Assembly: GCA_038087875.1 (NCBI GenBank)
Contig: CM075988.1
Span: 1,054,001 to 1,118,000, forward strand
Reading direction: 5' to 3'
From: Malacoraja senta
Lineage: Eukaryota
DNA length: 64,000 bases
Shown: in pieces, positions 1 through 13,383 of the stretch
How positions within the stretch are numbered: position 1 is the stretch's first letter
Layout of the letters: each line of letters opens with the position of its first letter
Notes under the pieces: generated by a model
Database searches by the model: none
What the model saw: only the letters and a program-made list of their open reading frames with translations
Told to the model about the DNA's origin: nothing
Translations under genes and position numbers: made by a program

Positions 1-7
1 TAATATA

Positions 8-1170
8 CTAGACTAAGTGGGTCCCAGCATCACACGGGAGGGCTGGTCCCCAACGCAATATTCCACCTCTCCACCAATTCCAATGTTGGTAGCCAGTGTG
101 GGGGGGGGGGGGGGGCTTTCTGGAGTGCTAGTATGGGTGTAGTGGGCTGAAAGGCTGGTTTCCAGAGGGCTAGTATGGACATTGTGGGCCAAATGGATTC
201 ATGGGCTGGCGGCTCAGTCACTCAAGCCTGTTGTGCTGACAGCTCACTCACGGCTGGTGGGCTGGCAGTTGACTCACGGCTATTCCTTGAAATTCCATTT
301 CAAGCAGGGTGCAAGGCCACTAAAGACAGCGAGTCATGACCTCTCCCTCCTCCATCTTGCGGAGACTAAGCCACGCCCACACTTCTGGGTTTTCTAGTCC
401 CTCCCTGTCCCACCAGAAGTGGCGTGGCCTTCATGGCATGATTGACAGGAGAGAGAATCCCAACATTTTTTAAACACTAATAACTCTTTTATTTTTCATC
501 GATGGGAACAATCCTCGGCACTTGAGGGGGGACTCTGAGTAGGCCAAAAATCACAGCCGTACGTGGTAAAGTTTATTCTAAAATCAATATAAAGCACAAA
601 CAGGAAGTAGTCAAGATTAGACTTTTAATTATATAGAAGGCAAGGCAACTTTAATTAGGCAAGGCAACTTTAATTAGGCAAGGCAATTTTAATTAGGCAA
701 CACAACTTTAGCATTTCCAAACCAAAGGCAACACAGCTTTAGCATTTCCAAACCAAAGGCAACACAGCTTTAGCATTTCCAAACTATATTTTCAAACGAC
801 ATTAAGGGCACTGACAGGTCAGTAAAACCACTCACAGTTTAGTGGACATGTGTTCAGTGTTATTTACAGCTCAGACTGAGAGACGTGACCCTCTCGCTCC
901 CCCATCTTGCAGAGACTGACTTAGGCACTCAACACTTCCGGGTTTTATGGTCCCTCCAGAAGGGGCGTGGCCTTCAAGAGAGAGAATCTCAACATTTTTT
1001 AAAGACTAATAACTCTTTTATTTTTCATCGATGGGAAAAATCCTCTTGTCCTGAGTAAGATGGCCAAAAATCACAGCCGTAAGTGGCAGCGTTTTTTCTA
1101 AAATCAATATACAGAACAACAGGAAGTGGTCAAGGTCAGACTTTTAGTAATATAGATAGATATAGATAGA
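8..1170 (-). mobile_element. Non-autonomous Helitron-like element with duplicated 5' module
   Basis: Minus strand begins TCTATATTACTAAAAG (about 1157) and ends GGGACCCACTTAGTCTAG-T (CTAG at 8-11). Region about 330-636 is duplicated at about 880-1157. Short tandem repeats at 638-783. Confidence 0.6.
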
Positions 1171-1224
1171 TATTATTATTGCAATAAAGCTAACAAGATC
1201 ATAAATGTACCTTTAACATAAAAC

Positions 1225-1780
1225 AGGTGGGAGTTTTGGGGAAACTTTTTCTATTCTCTTACCTCGACGGAGATGTGATTTTTTTTCCGTATCTTATCTC
1301 CGTCCGCACTGCATCCTAACATCGAGGAGTTGGCGGCCTTTGCTGAAGACCGATTTCGAGAGTTCCACTGTGGAAGCCTGTGGACTTACCATCACGGAGC
1401 TCGCAATCCCTTTGCCAGGGATCGACCTCTGGGCTCCAACCGCGGGGTGCCTGCGGACTTTAACATCGTGGAGCTTGCGGTCTCTGGTCAGAGACCAGCT
1501 TCAGGAACTCCAAGCCGCGGGAGCTTCGACCGCTGGCTGCATGAGTTGCAATCGCAGATGGTTCCACTGCCCTGACCACGGAAAAAAAATGAGGAAGATT
1601 GGACTTTATTGCCTTCCATCACAGTGAGGAATGGGAGGAAACTGCTGCGGTGGATGTTTATGTTAACTTTTATGTAGTTGTGTGTCTTGTTGCTTTTTTT
1701 TAGTATGGCTGTATGGTAATTCGAATTTGACTATCTTAATTGGTACACGTGACAATAAACTGACCTTGAAACCTTGAAAT
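1225..1780 (+). mobile_element. GC-rich non-coding retroelement (family also at 14.5k, 36.4k, 46.6k, 57.2k, 62.4k)
   Basis: Shared core GGACTTTATTGCCTTCCATCACAGTGAGG. 3' end GACAATAAAC followed by (CCTTGAAA)2. Confidence 0.5.
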
Positions 1781-1938
1781 TCTCTGATGCAGACAAGCGT
1801 ACATTTTCACGGTAAGCAGGGGCCATCTGGGCTGCACCCTTTTGAAGGTGTGGCAGGAATGCAACAGGAGGTTTGGAGGTGACTGGTGCATGTAACGTGG
1901 TTCATTCTTCAGCCCCGTCCTGGTGATTCTAGAAGAGG

Positions 1939-2240
1939 GGGCACGGTCGTGCAGTGGTAGAGTTGCTGCCTTAGTGCCGGGGACCCAGGTTCGATCCTGA
2001 CGACGGGTGCTGTCTGTACAGAATTTTGCACCTTCTCCCTGTGACCATGTGGGTTTTCTCCGGGTGCTCTGGTTTCATTCCACACTCCCAAGACATAGGA
2101 GTTTGTAGGTTAATTGGCTTTGGTAAATTTGTAAATTCTACCTTGTGGGTAGGATAGTGCTATTGTAGGGGTGATCACTGGTCGGCACAGACTTGGTGGG
2201 CTGAAGAGTCTGTTTTTGCACTCTCTCTAAAGTCTAAAGG
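1939..2240 (+). mobile_element. tRNA-derived V-SINE (HE1-like)
   Basis: A/B-box head (GCAGTGGT...GGTTCGATCC), core GTGGGTTTTCTCCGGGTGCTCTGGTTTC, tail CTAAAGTCTAAA. Confidence 0.8.
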
Positions 2241-3945
2241 AGTTTTTTATACCTCGAGACAGAAAGAATGCACCTTAGCCTCCTGCACCTCTCCATATTT
2301 TGGCGCCACTTACAAAGAAAAAGTCCAGTCCACATGCTGGAAGTACTGGAGTGCGCCTGATCCAGGTTTGCCCCAGGTTGTTGCAGGCCCGCGACCCGAT
2401 GTCCCTCTCCTCGCCCGTCCGCCTCTGTGTCCCGGGGTGCTGGAGGCAATAACCCTCTCCTACCGTTCACTCCTCCGTCTGTCACTGCCAGCAGCTCCCT
2501 CCTTGACTCTGGTCTTTGGGACTTCCAAGCTTCCTCCGGGCAATCATGGACCAGGCCTGCGCACACATGGCCGCTGGTGGCCCACCGCGTCTTAGTTCTC
2601 GGCGGTCGCCAGATCCATCCCTGCATGGGTCCGTGACGCCCCGTGGGAACCTCACTTCTGATGGAGATGTTAGTAGCGCGGTGTCAAAACAACAACCTCT
2701 TCCTCAGTCATCAAAATGAAGGTTGACTTTGCAAAACGAGCTGGTGTACACACCTCAATCAGCGTCAATGGTGCAGAGGTGGAGGTGGTCAATGAGTTTC
2801 ACCTTTCTACAAGTAAATATCGGCAACAACTTGTCCTGCTCCAACCACATTGATGCCTCAGCCAAGAGGGTACACTTCCTGGGAAGGCTATGGAAATTCA
2901 ACATAATCACAGGTGCACCATAGAAACGTATTCACACTTTGTGGATAACAAATGCGTTTCAGCCAGACAGTGACCGCACTCTGTACCCTGGGAGTGTGAT
3001 CCTGATGCAGCAGCACAAAGTACTTTTCCATGTCTGAGGAATGCAAACGGCCAGCAGGCAGGAGCAGCAAATGGCCAGGAAGCGAATTACACATCCCCCT
3101 TCACTGCCAGAGGGTTGGAGTTGGCAACATTGTTAACATTGTACAGGTTACTGATGCACCATGTTGGCTGGGCAAGGTTGTCCCCTTATTTAAGGAAGGA
3201 ACTACTGGCATTAGAGGCAGTCCAGAAGCGGTTCACTCTGGTAATTTCTGGGACTAGATGCGTGTGCTATTGTGAGCAACTTAAGAATTAAATCTATATT
3301 CTTTGGGGCTTAGAAAAATGAGGGGATATCTTGCTGAAACATAGGATCCACAGAGGGCCACTGGGCGGGCAATGAGATGTTTCCATCATTGGCTTTCTTA
3401 AACAAGGAGCCACAGGTATGTTAGGTAGTAATTATTTAAAATTGAGGCCTGTAGGAACGACTCACGAATGTCTGGAATGCTCTGTTCCAAGGCGTTGTGG
3501 AGACCAGGTCAGCGGGCTATTTAAAGTAGATGTGGGAACCTTCTTGAAATATGAGGGAATTGAGGGTCAGGGGGAAATGGTGTAGAAGAGGAAACAAGGC
3601 CTGGGTCAGCTAAGCGGTGATAATATTGAATAGCAGCTCAGGTTCGAGGGGCCAAGTGGCCTTGTCCTGCTCCTATATCTTTATGTTCTGGTACTCAACT
3701 TGAATTTCATGCTGCCAGAAACAGGAACAAGGCTCATCAGCCCAACATGTTCATACCGGCCATGGTGCCCCATCTAAGGTAAAAACATTTGGCCCATATC
3801 CCTCTCAACCTTTCCAATCCATATACCTGGCTTAATGTCTTTTAATTGTTGTTATAATATCTGCCTCAACTACTACCTTGGGCAGTGTGTTCCATAGACC
3901 CACCACCCTCTGTGTAAAATGGTTGCCCCACAGGTTCCTATTAAT

Positions 3946-6242
3946 TCGGGTCCAGTGATCACAATACCATTAGTTTCAATTAGTTTCAATATAATTATGG
4001 AGAGGGACAGAACTGGACCTAGGGTTGAGATTTTTGATTGGAGAAAGGCTAACTTTGAGGAGATGCGAAAGGATTTAAAAGGAGTGAATTGGGACATGTT
4101 GTTTTATGGGAAGGATGTAGAAGAAAAATGGAGGACATTTAAGGGTGAAATTTTAAGAGTACAGAATCTTTATGTCCCTGTTCGGTTGAAAGGAAATAGT
4201 AAAAATTGGAAAGAGCCATGGTTTCAAGGGAAATTGGACACTTGGTTCGGAAAAAGAGAGAGATCTACAATAATAATAGGCAGCATGGAGTAAATGAGGT
4301 GCTTGGGTATAAAGAATAAAAAGAATATTAAGAAAGAAATTAGAAAAGCTAAAAGAAGATATGAGGTTGCTTTGGCAAGTAAGGTGAAAGTAAATCCAAA
4401 GGGTTTCAACAGCTATATTAATAGCAAAAGGATAACAAGGAATAAAATTGGTCCATTAGGGAGTCAGAGTGGACAGCTATCTGCAGAGCCAAAAGAGATG
4501 GGGGAGATATTGAACAATTTCTTTTCTTCGGTATTCACCAAGGAGAAGGATATGGAATTATGTGAGGTAAGGGAAACAAGCAGAGTAGCAATGGAAACTG
4601 TGAGATTCAAAGAAGAGGAGGTGCGGACACTTTTGAAAAATATGAAAACGGATAAGTCTCCAGGTCCTGACAGGATATTCCCTAGGACATTGAGGGAAGT
4701 TAGTGTAGAAATAGCAGGGGCTATGACAGAAATATTTCAAATGTCATTAGAAACGGGAATAGTGCCGGAGGATTGGCGTACTGCGCATGTTGTTCCGTTG
4801 TTTAAAAAGGGTTCTAAGAGTAAACCTAGCAATTATAGACCTGTTAGTTTGACGTCAGTGGTGGGCAAATTAATGGAAAGGATACTTAAAGATAATATAT
4901 ATAAGCATCTGGATAAGCAGGGTCTGATTAGGAACAGTCAACATGGATTTGTGCCTGGGAGGTCATGCTTGACTAATCTCCTTGAATTTTTCGAAGAGGT
5001 TACTAGGGAAATTGATGAGGGTAAAGCAGTGGATGTTGTCTATATGGACTTCAGTAAGGCCTTTGACAAGGTTCCTCATGGAAGGTTGGTTAAGAAGATT
5101 CAATTGTTGGGTATTAATGGTGGAGTAGCAAGATGGATTCAACAGTGGCTGAATGGGAGACGCCAGAGAGTAATGGTGGATGGCCGTTTGTCAGGTTGGA
5201 GGCCGGTGACTAGTGGGGTGCCTCAGGGGTCTGTGTTGGGTCCACTGTTGTCATGTACATCAATGATCTGGATGATGGTGTGGAAAATTGGATTAGTAAG
5301 TATGCAGATGATACTAAGATAGGTGGTGTTGTGGATAATGAAGAAGGTTTTCAAAGTCTACAGAGAGATTTAGGCCATTTGGAAGAGTGGGCTGAAAGAT
5401 GGCAGATGGAGTTTAATGCTGACAAATGTGAGGTGCTACATCTCGGCAGGACAAATCAAAATAGGACGTACATAGTAAATGGTAGCGAATTGAGGAATGC
5501 AGTTGAACAGAGGGATCTAGGAATAACTGTGCATAGTTCCCTGAAGGTGGAATCTCATGTAGATGGGGTGGTAAAGAAAGCTTTTGGTGTGCTGGCCTTT
5601 ATAAATCAGAGCATTGAATATAGACGTTGGGATGTAATGTTAAAATTGTACAAGGCATTGGTGAGGCCAATTCTGGAGTATGGAGTACAATTTTGGTCGC
5701 CTAATTATAGGAAGGATGTCAACAAAATTGAGAGAGTACAGAGGAGATTTACTAGAATGTTGCCTGGGTTTCAGCAACTAAGTTACAGAGAATGGTTGAA
5801 CAAGTTAGGTCTTTATTCTTTGGAGCGCAGAAGGTTAAGAGGGGACTTGATAGAGATCTTTAAAATTATGAGCGGGTTAGACAGATTGGACGTGGATAAG
5901 CTTTTCCCATTGAGAGTAGGGAAGATTCAAACAAGGGGACATGACTTGAAAATTAAGGGACAGAAGTTTAGGGGTAACATTAGGGGGAACTTCTGTACTC
6001 AGAGAGTGGTAGCTGTGTGGAATGAGCTTCCAGTGGAAGTGGTGGAGGCAGGTTCGATGTTATCCTTTAAAAATAGATTGGATGGGTATATGGACGGGAA
6101 AGGAATGGAGGGTTATGGTCTGAGTGCAGGTAGATGGGACTAGGGGGAAGTAAATAAAAAAAATAAAAAAATAAAAAAAAGTGTTCGGCACGGACTTGAA
6201 GGGGTGAGATGGCCTGTTTCCGTGCTGTTATGGTTATATGGT
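3946..6242 (+). mobile_element. 5'-truncated CR1 LINE (ORF2 reverse transcriptase, disrupted)
   Basis: ORFs 3919-4293, 4294-5322 and 5253-6143 carry [26 protein letters not shown] and YADD. Tail (GGTTATAT)n. TSD TATTAAT at 3939-3945 and 6243-6249. Inserted into an older minus-strand CR1 3' end. Confidence 0.92.
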
Positions 6243-6249
6243 TATTAAT

Positions 6250-7250
6250 CTTTCCCCCTCACCTTAAACCTATGATCCACTTGATTCCACTACGCTGGGA
6301 AAATACTCTGCATTTATCCCATCTATTCCCCAAATGATTTTATACACCTCGGCAAGACCGCCCCTCAGCTTCCTGCGCTCCAAGGAATAAAGTCACAGTG
6401 CCCAACCTCTCCCTATAGCTCAGGCCCTCGAGTCCTGGCAACATCCTCGTAAACCTGGACCTTTGCTGCCTGACATATAGAACAAATGACCAGAAGGCAG
6501 AGGTAGCAGTCCCAGGAGAAGATCCCAGCAGTCCCAGTACCACCCTGCAGAAGATCCCAGCAATCATGGAGACAGACAGACACCACTCAAGCTCCATGTA
6601 GTCTTACCAACACATTGTAAAGCTGCAACATGATGTCCCTACTCCTGTACTCAAAACCCTGACCAAGAAGGCAAATGTGCTTAACACCTTCACCACTCTG
6701 TCTACCTGTGTTGCCACTTCATGGAACTATGTACCTGCACCACTAGATGCCTCTGTTCTGCTACTGTCTCCTGGGCCCGACCATTTATTGTGTAGGTCCT
6801 GCACTGGTTGTCTTGCCAAAATGCAGCACTTTGCATTTATCTGAACAAAACTCCTTCAGGTATTTCTAGGCCAATTGTTCAAAGTCCTGTAGTAATCTTA
6901 GATAACGTTCTTCACTGTCCACTATATCAGCAATTTTAGTATCATCCAAAAAACCTACCAGCCACACCAAATACATCCAAATTGTTAATATATTTGACGA
7001 GGAACAGTGAACCCAGCACCATTCCCTGTGACACACCATTCATTACAAGCATCCGGTCTGAAAAACAATCCTCTACCACCTATCTCCACCCACTGCCTTC
7101 TACCTTAGAGCCAATTCTGTACCCAATTGGTCAGTTCACGCTGGATCCCATGTGATCTAACCTTCCAGACCAGCCTACCATGCGGTACCATGTCAAAGGC
7201 CTTGCTAGAGTCCATGTAGACATTTACCACACTGCCTTCATCAATTTTAC
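6250..7250 (-). mobile_element. Old degenerate CR1 LINE fragments
   Basis: Minus-strand RFTRMLPGLEGLSYRERL motif and decayed RT sequence. Confidence 0.7.
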
Positions 7251-7456
7251 TGTTCCTTCACACACCCTACAATATATACTCCATCCACAAGTATATACAG
7301 GCCAATGCAGGGATCGGTTAGTGTACACATCGTGCAGTTGAATACACTGTCATGACAGTACCAGTAACACACATAGCTAAATAAAGTTAATAAGTATAAC
7401 CATCTTGTATTTTTCTTATATTAGAATAATTCTTTACACATGTAATGTGAACTGGC

Positions 7457-7471
7457 TTTAATAGTTTTATT
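7457..7471 (-). terminator. Tandem polyadenylation signals (AATAAA 7471-7466, ATTAAA 7462-7457) after candidate exon 5
   Basis: Plus strand reads tttaatagttttatt in AT-rich unique sequence about 70 nt 3' of the stop. Confidence 0.5.
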
Positions 7472-7540
7472 ACAAATCCATTTTTGAGAAGTAACGCTAC
7501 AGATTGTTGTGTCTAATCCCTGGTTGTCACTGTTGTTCCC

Positions 7541-7602
7541 TCAGCAACTTGATGAGCCCTGTGGCCCAGTGCAGCTCCAGTCTTCTCTCGTGTGAAAGTG
7601 GC
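7541..7602 (-). CDS. PANX3: Candidate pannexin-3 exon 5 (G-HFHTREDWSCTGPQGSSSC*)
   Basis: Pyrimidine-rich acceptor GTGTCTCTCATTATCCTCCAG ends at 7603. Phase 1 matches the exon-4 donor. TGA at 7543-7541, non-repetitive surroundings, AATAAA about 70 nt downstream. Not confirmed by transcript data. Confidence 0.6.
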
Positions 7603-8116
7603 CTGGAGGATAATGAGAGACACGGGTTAAAAAACAATGTTTAAATACAATTCATCCGACACCTCTTACATGTGCCATTAAAGTGAGCCAGGCTCTCAGT
7701 ATCCAGGGCAGAGACAGGAGAGAGGAGAAAGGGGCTGGATAGAGGTAAAAGGGACTGGATAGAGGAGAGAGGGGCAGGTAGTACTCTATTGGGTAGCCAG
7801 TGTGCTTCAGGTATGAGTGGTTTAGTTGGGTTACATGTTAGACCAAGAAATCCAAAAAGCCACAGATACTGGTAATTTGAAATAAAAACATAAAGTGATT
7901 GACATAGGTCAGGCTGCAGAGAGAAGCAGAATTGATGCTTTAGTCTTATGACTTTTCAGTTGATGAGGAGACATAATTCAAGAAAGGAGACAAATGGCAG
8001 AAGACAACGGGCCTCTCATCTGTCATTGGGAAATGACGTAGTCCATTATGTTGAAGGTAATAGAAGGGCCTTACGAAAATTATAGAACATAGAACAGTGC
8101 ACAGCACTGAAACAGG

Positions 8117-8253
8117 GGTGGAAGATTGCAACCTTCACGTGGTCCGCCCTTTTTCGACTAATGCAATCAACTCGACGAACACAAACGGAAGATCAAATAG
8201 AACAAGTTGTCCAACAACTTTAGGCTGTGCACGCCACACGAAAGAAGAAGAAG
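8117..8253 (+). mobile_element. 137-bp short retroelement with (GAA)n tail and 14-bp TSD
   Basis: AGCACTGAAACAGG at 8103-8116 and 8254-8267 flanks the insert, which ends CGCCACACGAAAGAAGAAGAAG. Confidence 0.8.
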
Positions 8254-8559
8254 AGCACTGAAACAGGCCCTTTGGCCCACAATGTCCACGCCGAACATGA
8301 TGCCAAACTGATCTCTGCCTGCACGTGATCCATGTTATTCCATTCCCAGCATATCCTATCTGAAAGTCCATTTAAAGCCATTATTGTATCTGCCTCCATC
8401 ATCACCCCTGGCCGTGTGTTCAGGCCCCCACCATCCTCTGTAAATAAACTTGCCCCAGACTTGCCCCTTTAAGTTTTACCCCTCTCTCCATAAAGCTATC
8501 CCCTCTAGTCTTTGACATTTCTATCTGGGCAAAGTGATTCTGACTGTCTACCTTTTCAT

Positions 8560-9430
8560 GAGACATTCAACCAGAAGCAACATAGTTTTACGAAAGGGGA
8601 ATGATGTTTGAAGAATTTATTGAAGCGGTTTGGAAGCATAACGAACAGGGTTAATGTCAAAGGGGAATGAATGAGTAGATGTCACTAAAAAGCCCTAGGC
8701 ACAAAATAGGCTTACATAGGGGAAGGGGACGTGGATGGGGGATTGATCAGCATACACAAAACAGCTGAGTTCAATGTCTTGTTTTCAGATTGGCAATCAG
8801 TAACTAGTTGAGTGCCACACGAATCAATTCTAGGATCACAGTATCTATATTAATGACCTGTTGAAGGGATCCAGTGTAATGTAGCCAGGTTTGCTGGTAC
8901 AGAGGTGATGGGTTTTCTCAAGTTGTGAGGAGAACTTAAAGAGCCTACAAAAGGATATCGATAGATTAAGTGAGTGGGTAAGAAGTTGACAGTTATATAA
9001 TACTGAACTGAAAATAAGAAATATAAAAAGATCTGGGGACCTTGGTACAGGAACAAATGATGAGCAGGCAGGTACAAGTAATTGTGAAGGGTGCTGATCA
9101 TTTACCTTTATTGTCAGGAGTATAAATGAAGGGATATTTTCGATGAATCTTTATAGGGAGCCTATACCTATGTGTACCTATGCAGAGACTACACCTAGTG
9201 TACTGTGTATGGTGTTGGTCTACACATTTAAAGAAGTGGGCAACACAAAGATAGATTTATTACTGGATCAAAGGGATTGATATATGAAGCAAGGTTGTTC
9301 TTGTAGTCATTGGAAAACAGAGAAATGAGAGATGATCTTCAAAGGATTGAAGTGAAGCTATCTAAAACTGTAGGGCATAGTTCCACAGATTATGGTTTCA
9401 CCATGGTTGAGGAGGAATTTCTTCTCTGAA
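8560..9430 (+). mobile_element. Highly decayed CR1 RT fragment
   Basis: Residual similarity to the other CR1 copies in the window (GVPQGS region and 3' region). Confidence 0.55.
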
Positions 9431-9449
9431 TGGAATTTTTAGTTAAGCT

Positions 9450-9742
9450 TAGTTTAGAAATACAGCATGGAAAGAAGCCCTTCAGCCCACCGATTCTACA
9501 CCGACCAGTGATCGCCCGTACACTAGCACTATCCTACACACTAGGGGGCAATTTACAGAAGCCAGTTAAACTACAAACCTGCACATCTTTGGAATGTGGG
9601 AGGAAACCAGAGCGCCCAGAGAAAACCCACGCGGTCACAGAGAGAACGTACAACCTCCGTACAGACAGCACCCGTAGATATGATCGAACCCGGGTCTCTG
9701 GCACTGTAAGGCAGCAACTTTACCGCTGTGGCACTGTGCCAC
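9450..9742 (-). mobile_element. V-SINE (HE1-like)
   Basis: Reverse complement of the 1939-2240 type SINE. Confidence 0.8.
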
Positions 9743-9934
9743 CAGAAAACTGTGGAACAGGAGTTGAAGATATTCAAAGCAGAAAGTGGCCAACATTTAA
9801 AGCACACGGGATAAAGGGGGAAGACTCAAGAGTGAATCAGCCATGAACTGAATGTCAAAGCATGTCAAGGGTCTGTTGGCCAAGTCTGCTCCTTCCCTAC
9901 ATATAAATTGCCAAGTTTAGAAGAGTTCAGATGA

Positions 9935-10877
9935 CTCTGCATCGTAGCCGGTCATAGTGCGAACTCCATCATCAAGTTCGCTGCCGACACCACTGTTGTG
10001 GGACGTATCACTGATGGAGTTGAGTCAGAGTACAGAAGAGAGATCGAGCAACTGTCCATATGGTGCCAGCACAATAACCTGGCCCTCAACACCAGCAAAA
10101 CCAAGGAACTGATTGTGGACTTTGGAATGAGTAGGATGGGGACCCACAGTCCCGTTTATATCAACGGGCCGATGGTTGAAAGGGTCAAGAGCTTCAAATT
10201 TCTGGGCGTGCACATCTCTGAAGATCTTTCCTGGTCCGAGAACACTGATGCCATTATTAAGAAAGCACATCAGCGCCTCTACTTCCTGAGAAGATTACGG
10301 AGAGTCGGTTTGTCAAGGAGGACTCTCTCTAACTTCTACAGGTGCACAGTAGAGAGCATGCTGACCGGTTGCATCGTGGCTTGGTTCGGCAACTTGAGCG
10401 CCCTGGAGAGGAAAAGACTACAAAAAGTAGTAAACACTGTCCAGTCCATCATCGGCTCTGACCTCCCTTCCATCGAGGGGATCTATCGCAGTCGCTGCCT
10501 CAAAAAGGCTGGCAGCATCATCAAGGACCCACACCATCCTGGCCACACACTCATCTCCCTGCTACCTTCAGGTAGAAGGTACAGGAGCCTGAAGACTGCA
10601 ACGACCAGGTTCAGGAATAGCTACTTCCCCACAGCCATCAGGCTATTAAACCTGGCTCGGACAAAACTCCACATTAATAACCCATTATCTGTTATTTGCA
10701 CTTTATCAGTTTATTTATTCATGTGTGTATATATTTATATAATGGTATATGGACACACTGATCTGTTTTGTAGTCAATGCCTACTATGTTCTGTTGTGCT
10801 GAAGCAAAGCAAGAATTTCATTGTCCTATCAGGGACACATGACAATAAACTCACTTGAACTTGAACTTGAAGTTGAA
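9935..10877 (+). mobile_element. 5'-truncated Rex1/Babar LINE
   Basis: ORF 9998-10858: NNLALNTSKTKELIVDF, FKFLGVHISEDLSW, KKAHQRLYFLRRL, LLPSGRRYRS. Tail GACAATAAAC followed by (TTGAAC)n. Confidence 0.88.
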
Positions 10878-11184
10878 GGAGAAAAAGGGGTTGGAAGTTT
10901 CAATGGATTAGATAATATTGATGGGAATTTTAAAGCAGAAGCATTGATGGTAGCAAAGATCAGCCTGGATTGATAAATGGGACTGATATGCAATTATCAT
11001 CTAATCATAACAGCAGCATGAATGAGGGATGTAGCAGTTGATGAGCTGAGGCAGAATCATAGACAATGTTATGGAGGTTGAACTAGTGTCTTCAGTCATG
11101 TGGTTCAACTGTTATCAATGGGTCAGATATGACACCAATGTTGCAAATAGGATGATTTTCTTTCAGACATTGACCAGGGTGTGT

Positions 11185-13383
11185 GTAAAGAAAGGTAACT
11201 TTGAGGGTATGAGACGTGAATTGGCCAAGATAGACTGGCAATTGATTCTTAAAGGGTTGACGGTGGATATGCAATGGAAGGCATTTAAAGGCTGCATGGA
11301 TAAACTACAACAATTGTTCATCCCAGTTTGGCAAAAGAATAAATCAGGGAAGGTAGTGCATCCGTGGATAACAAGGGAAATCAGGGATAGTATCAAAACA
11401 AAAGATGAAGCATACAAATTAGCCAGAAAAAGCAGCCTACCAGAGGACTGGGAGAAATTCAGTCCAGCAGAGGAGGACAAATGGCTTAATTGGGAAAGGG
11501 AAAATAGATTATGAAAGAAAACTGGCAGGGAACATAAAAACTGACTGCAAAAGTTTTTATAGATATGTGAAGAGAAAAAGATTAGTTAAAACAAATGTAG
11601 GTCCCTTGCAGTCAGAAACAGGTGAATTGATCATGGGGAACAAGGGCATGTCAGACCAATTGAATAACTACTTTGGTTCTGTCTTCACTAAGTAAGACAT
11701 AATTAATCTGCCAGAAATAGCAGGGGACCGGGGGTCAAATGAGATGGAGGAACTGAGTGAAATCCAGGTTAGCCGGGAAGTGGTGTTAGGTAAATTGAAT
11801 GGATTAAAGGCCGATAAATCCCCAGGGCCAGATAGGCTGCATCCCAGAATACTTAAGGAAGTAGCCCCAGAAATAGTGGATGCATTAGTGATAATTTTTC
11901 AAAACTCTTTAGATTCTGGAGTAGTTCCTGAGGATTGGAGGGTAGCTAATGTAACCCCACTTTTTAAAAAGGGAGGGAGAGAGAAAACGGGGAATTACAG
12001 ATCAGTTAGTCTAACATCGGTAGTGGGGAAACTGCTAGAGTCAGTTATTAAAGATGGGATAGCAGCACATTTTAAAAATGGTGAAATTATTGGACAAAGT
12101 CAGCATGTATTTATGAAAGGTAAATAATGTCTGACGAATCTTATAGAATTTTTCGAGGATGTAACTAGTAGAGTGGATAAGGGAGAACCAGTGGATGTGT
12201 TATATCTGGACTTTCAGAAGATTTCGACAAGGTCCCACATAAAGAGATTAGTATACAAACTTAAAGCACATGGTATTGGGGGTTCAGTATTGATGTGGAT
12301 ATAGAACTGGCTAGCAGACAGGAAGCAAAGAGTAGGAGTTAACGGGTCCTTTTCATGCAGTGACTAGTGGGATACCGCAAGGCTCAGTGCTGGGACCCCA
12401 GCTATTTACAATATATATTAATGATTTGGACGAGGGAATTGAATGCAACATCTCCAAGTTTGCGGATGACACAAAGCTGGGGGGCAGTGTTAGCTGTGAG
12501 GAGGGTGCTAGGAGGCTGCAAGATGACTTGGATAGGCTGGGTGAGTGGGCAAATGCATGGCAGATGCAGTATAATGTGGATAAATGTGAGGTTTTAGTGG
12601 CAAAAACAGGAAAGTAGACTATTACCTGAATGGTGTCCGATTAGGAAAAGGAGAGATGCAACAAGACCTGGGTGTCATGGTACACCAGTCATTGAAAGTA
12701 GGCATGCAGGTGCAGCAGGCAGTGAAGAAAGCAAATGGTATGTTAGCATTCATAGCAAAAGGATTTGAGTATAGGAGCAGGGAGGTTCTACTGCAGTTGT
12801 ACAGGGTCTTGGTGAGACCACACCTGGAGTATTGTATACAGTTTTGGTCTCCTAATCTGAGGAAGGACATTCTTGCCATAGAGGGAGTACAGAGAAGGTT
12901 CACCAGACTGATTCCTGGGATGTCAGAACTTTCATATGAAGAAAGACTGGATAGACTCGGCTTGTACTCGCTAGAATTTAGAAGATTGAGGGGGGATCTT
13001 ATAGAAACTTACAAAATTCTTAAGGGGTTGGACAGGCTAAATGCAAGAAGATTGTTCCCGATGTTGGGGAAGTCCAGGACAAGGGGTCACAGTTGAAGGA
13101 TAAAGGGGAAATCATTTAGGACTGAGATGAGAAAAACATTTTTTACACAGAGATTGGTGAATCTCTGGAATTCTCTGCCACAGAATGTAGTTGAGGCCAG
13201 TTCATTGGCTATATTTAAGAGGGAGTTAGATGTGGCCCTTGTGGCTAAAGGGATCAGGGGGTATGGAGAGAAAGCAGGTACAGGATACTGAGTTGGATGA
13301 TCAGCAATGATCATATTGAATGGCAGTGCAGGCTCGAAGGGCCGAATGGCCTACTCCTGCACCTATTTTCTATGTTTCTATGT
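11185..13383 (+). mobile_element. 5'-truncated CR1 LINE, young subfamily with (TTTCTATG)n tail
   Basis: RT pieces 11744-12127, 12360-12617 (FADD) and 12656-13096. 3' end GGCCTACTCCTGCACCTATTTTCTATGTTTCTATG. Confidence 0.92.

Noticed and set aside
1939..2010. tRNA gene
   Set aside because: Only the A/B-box head of a multi-copy SINE. No complete cloverleaf or terminator.
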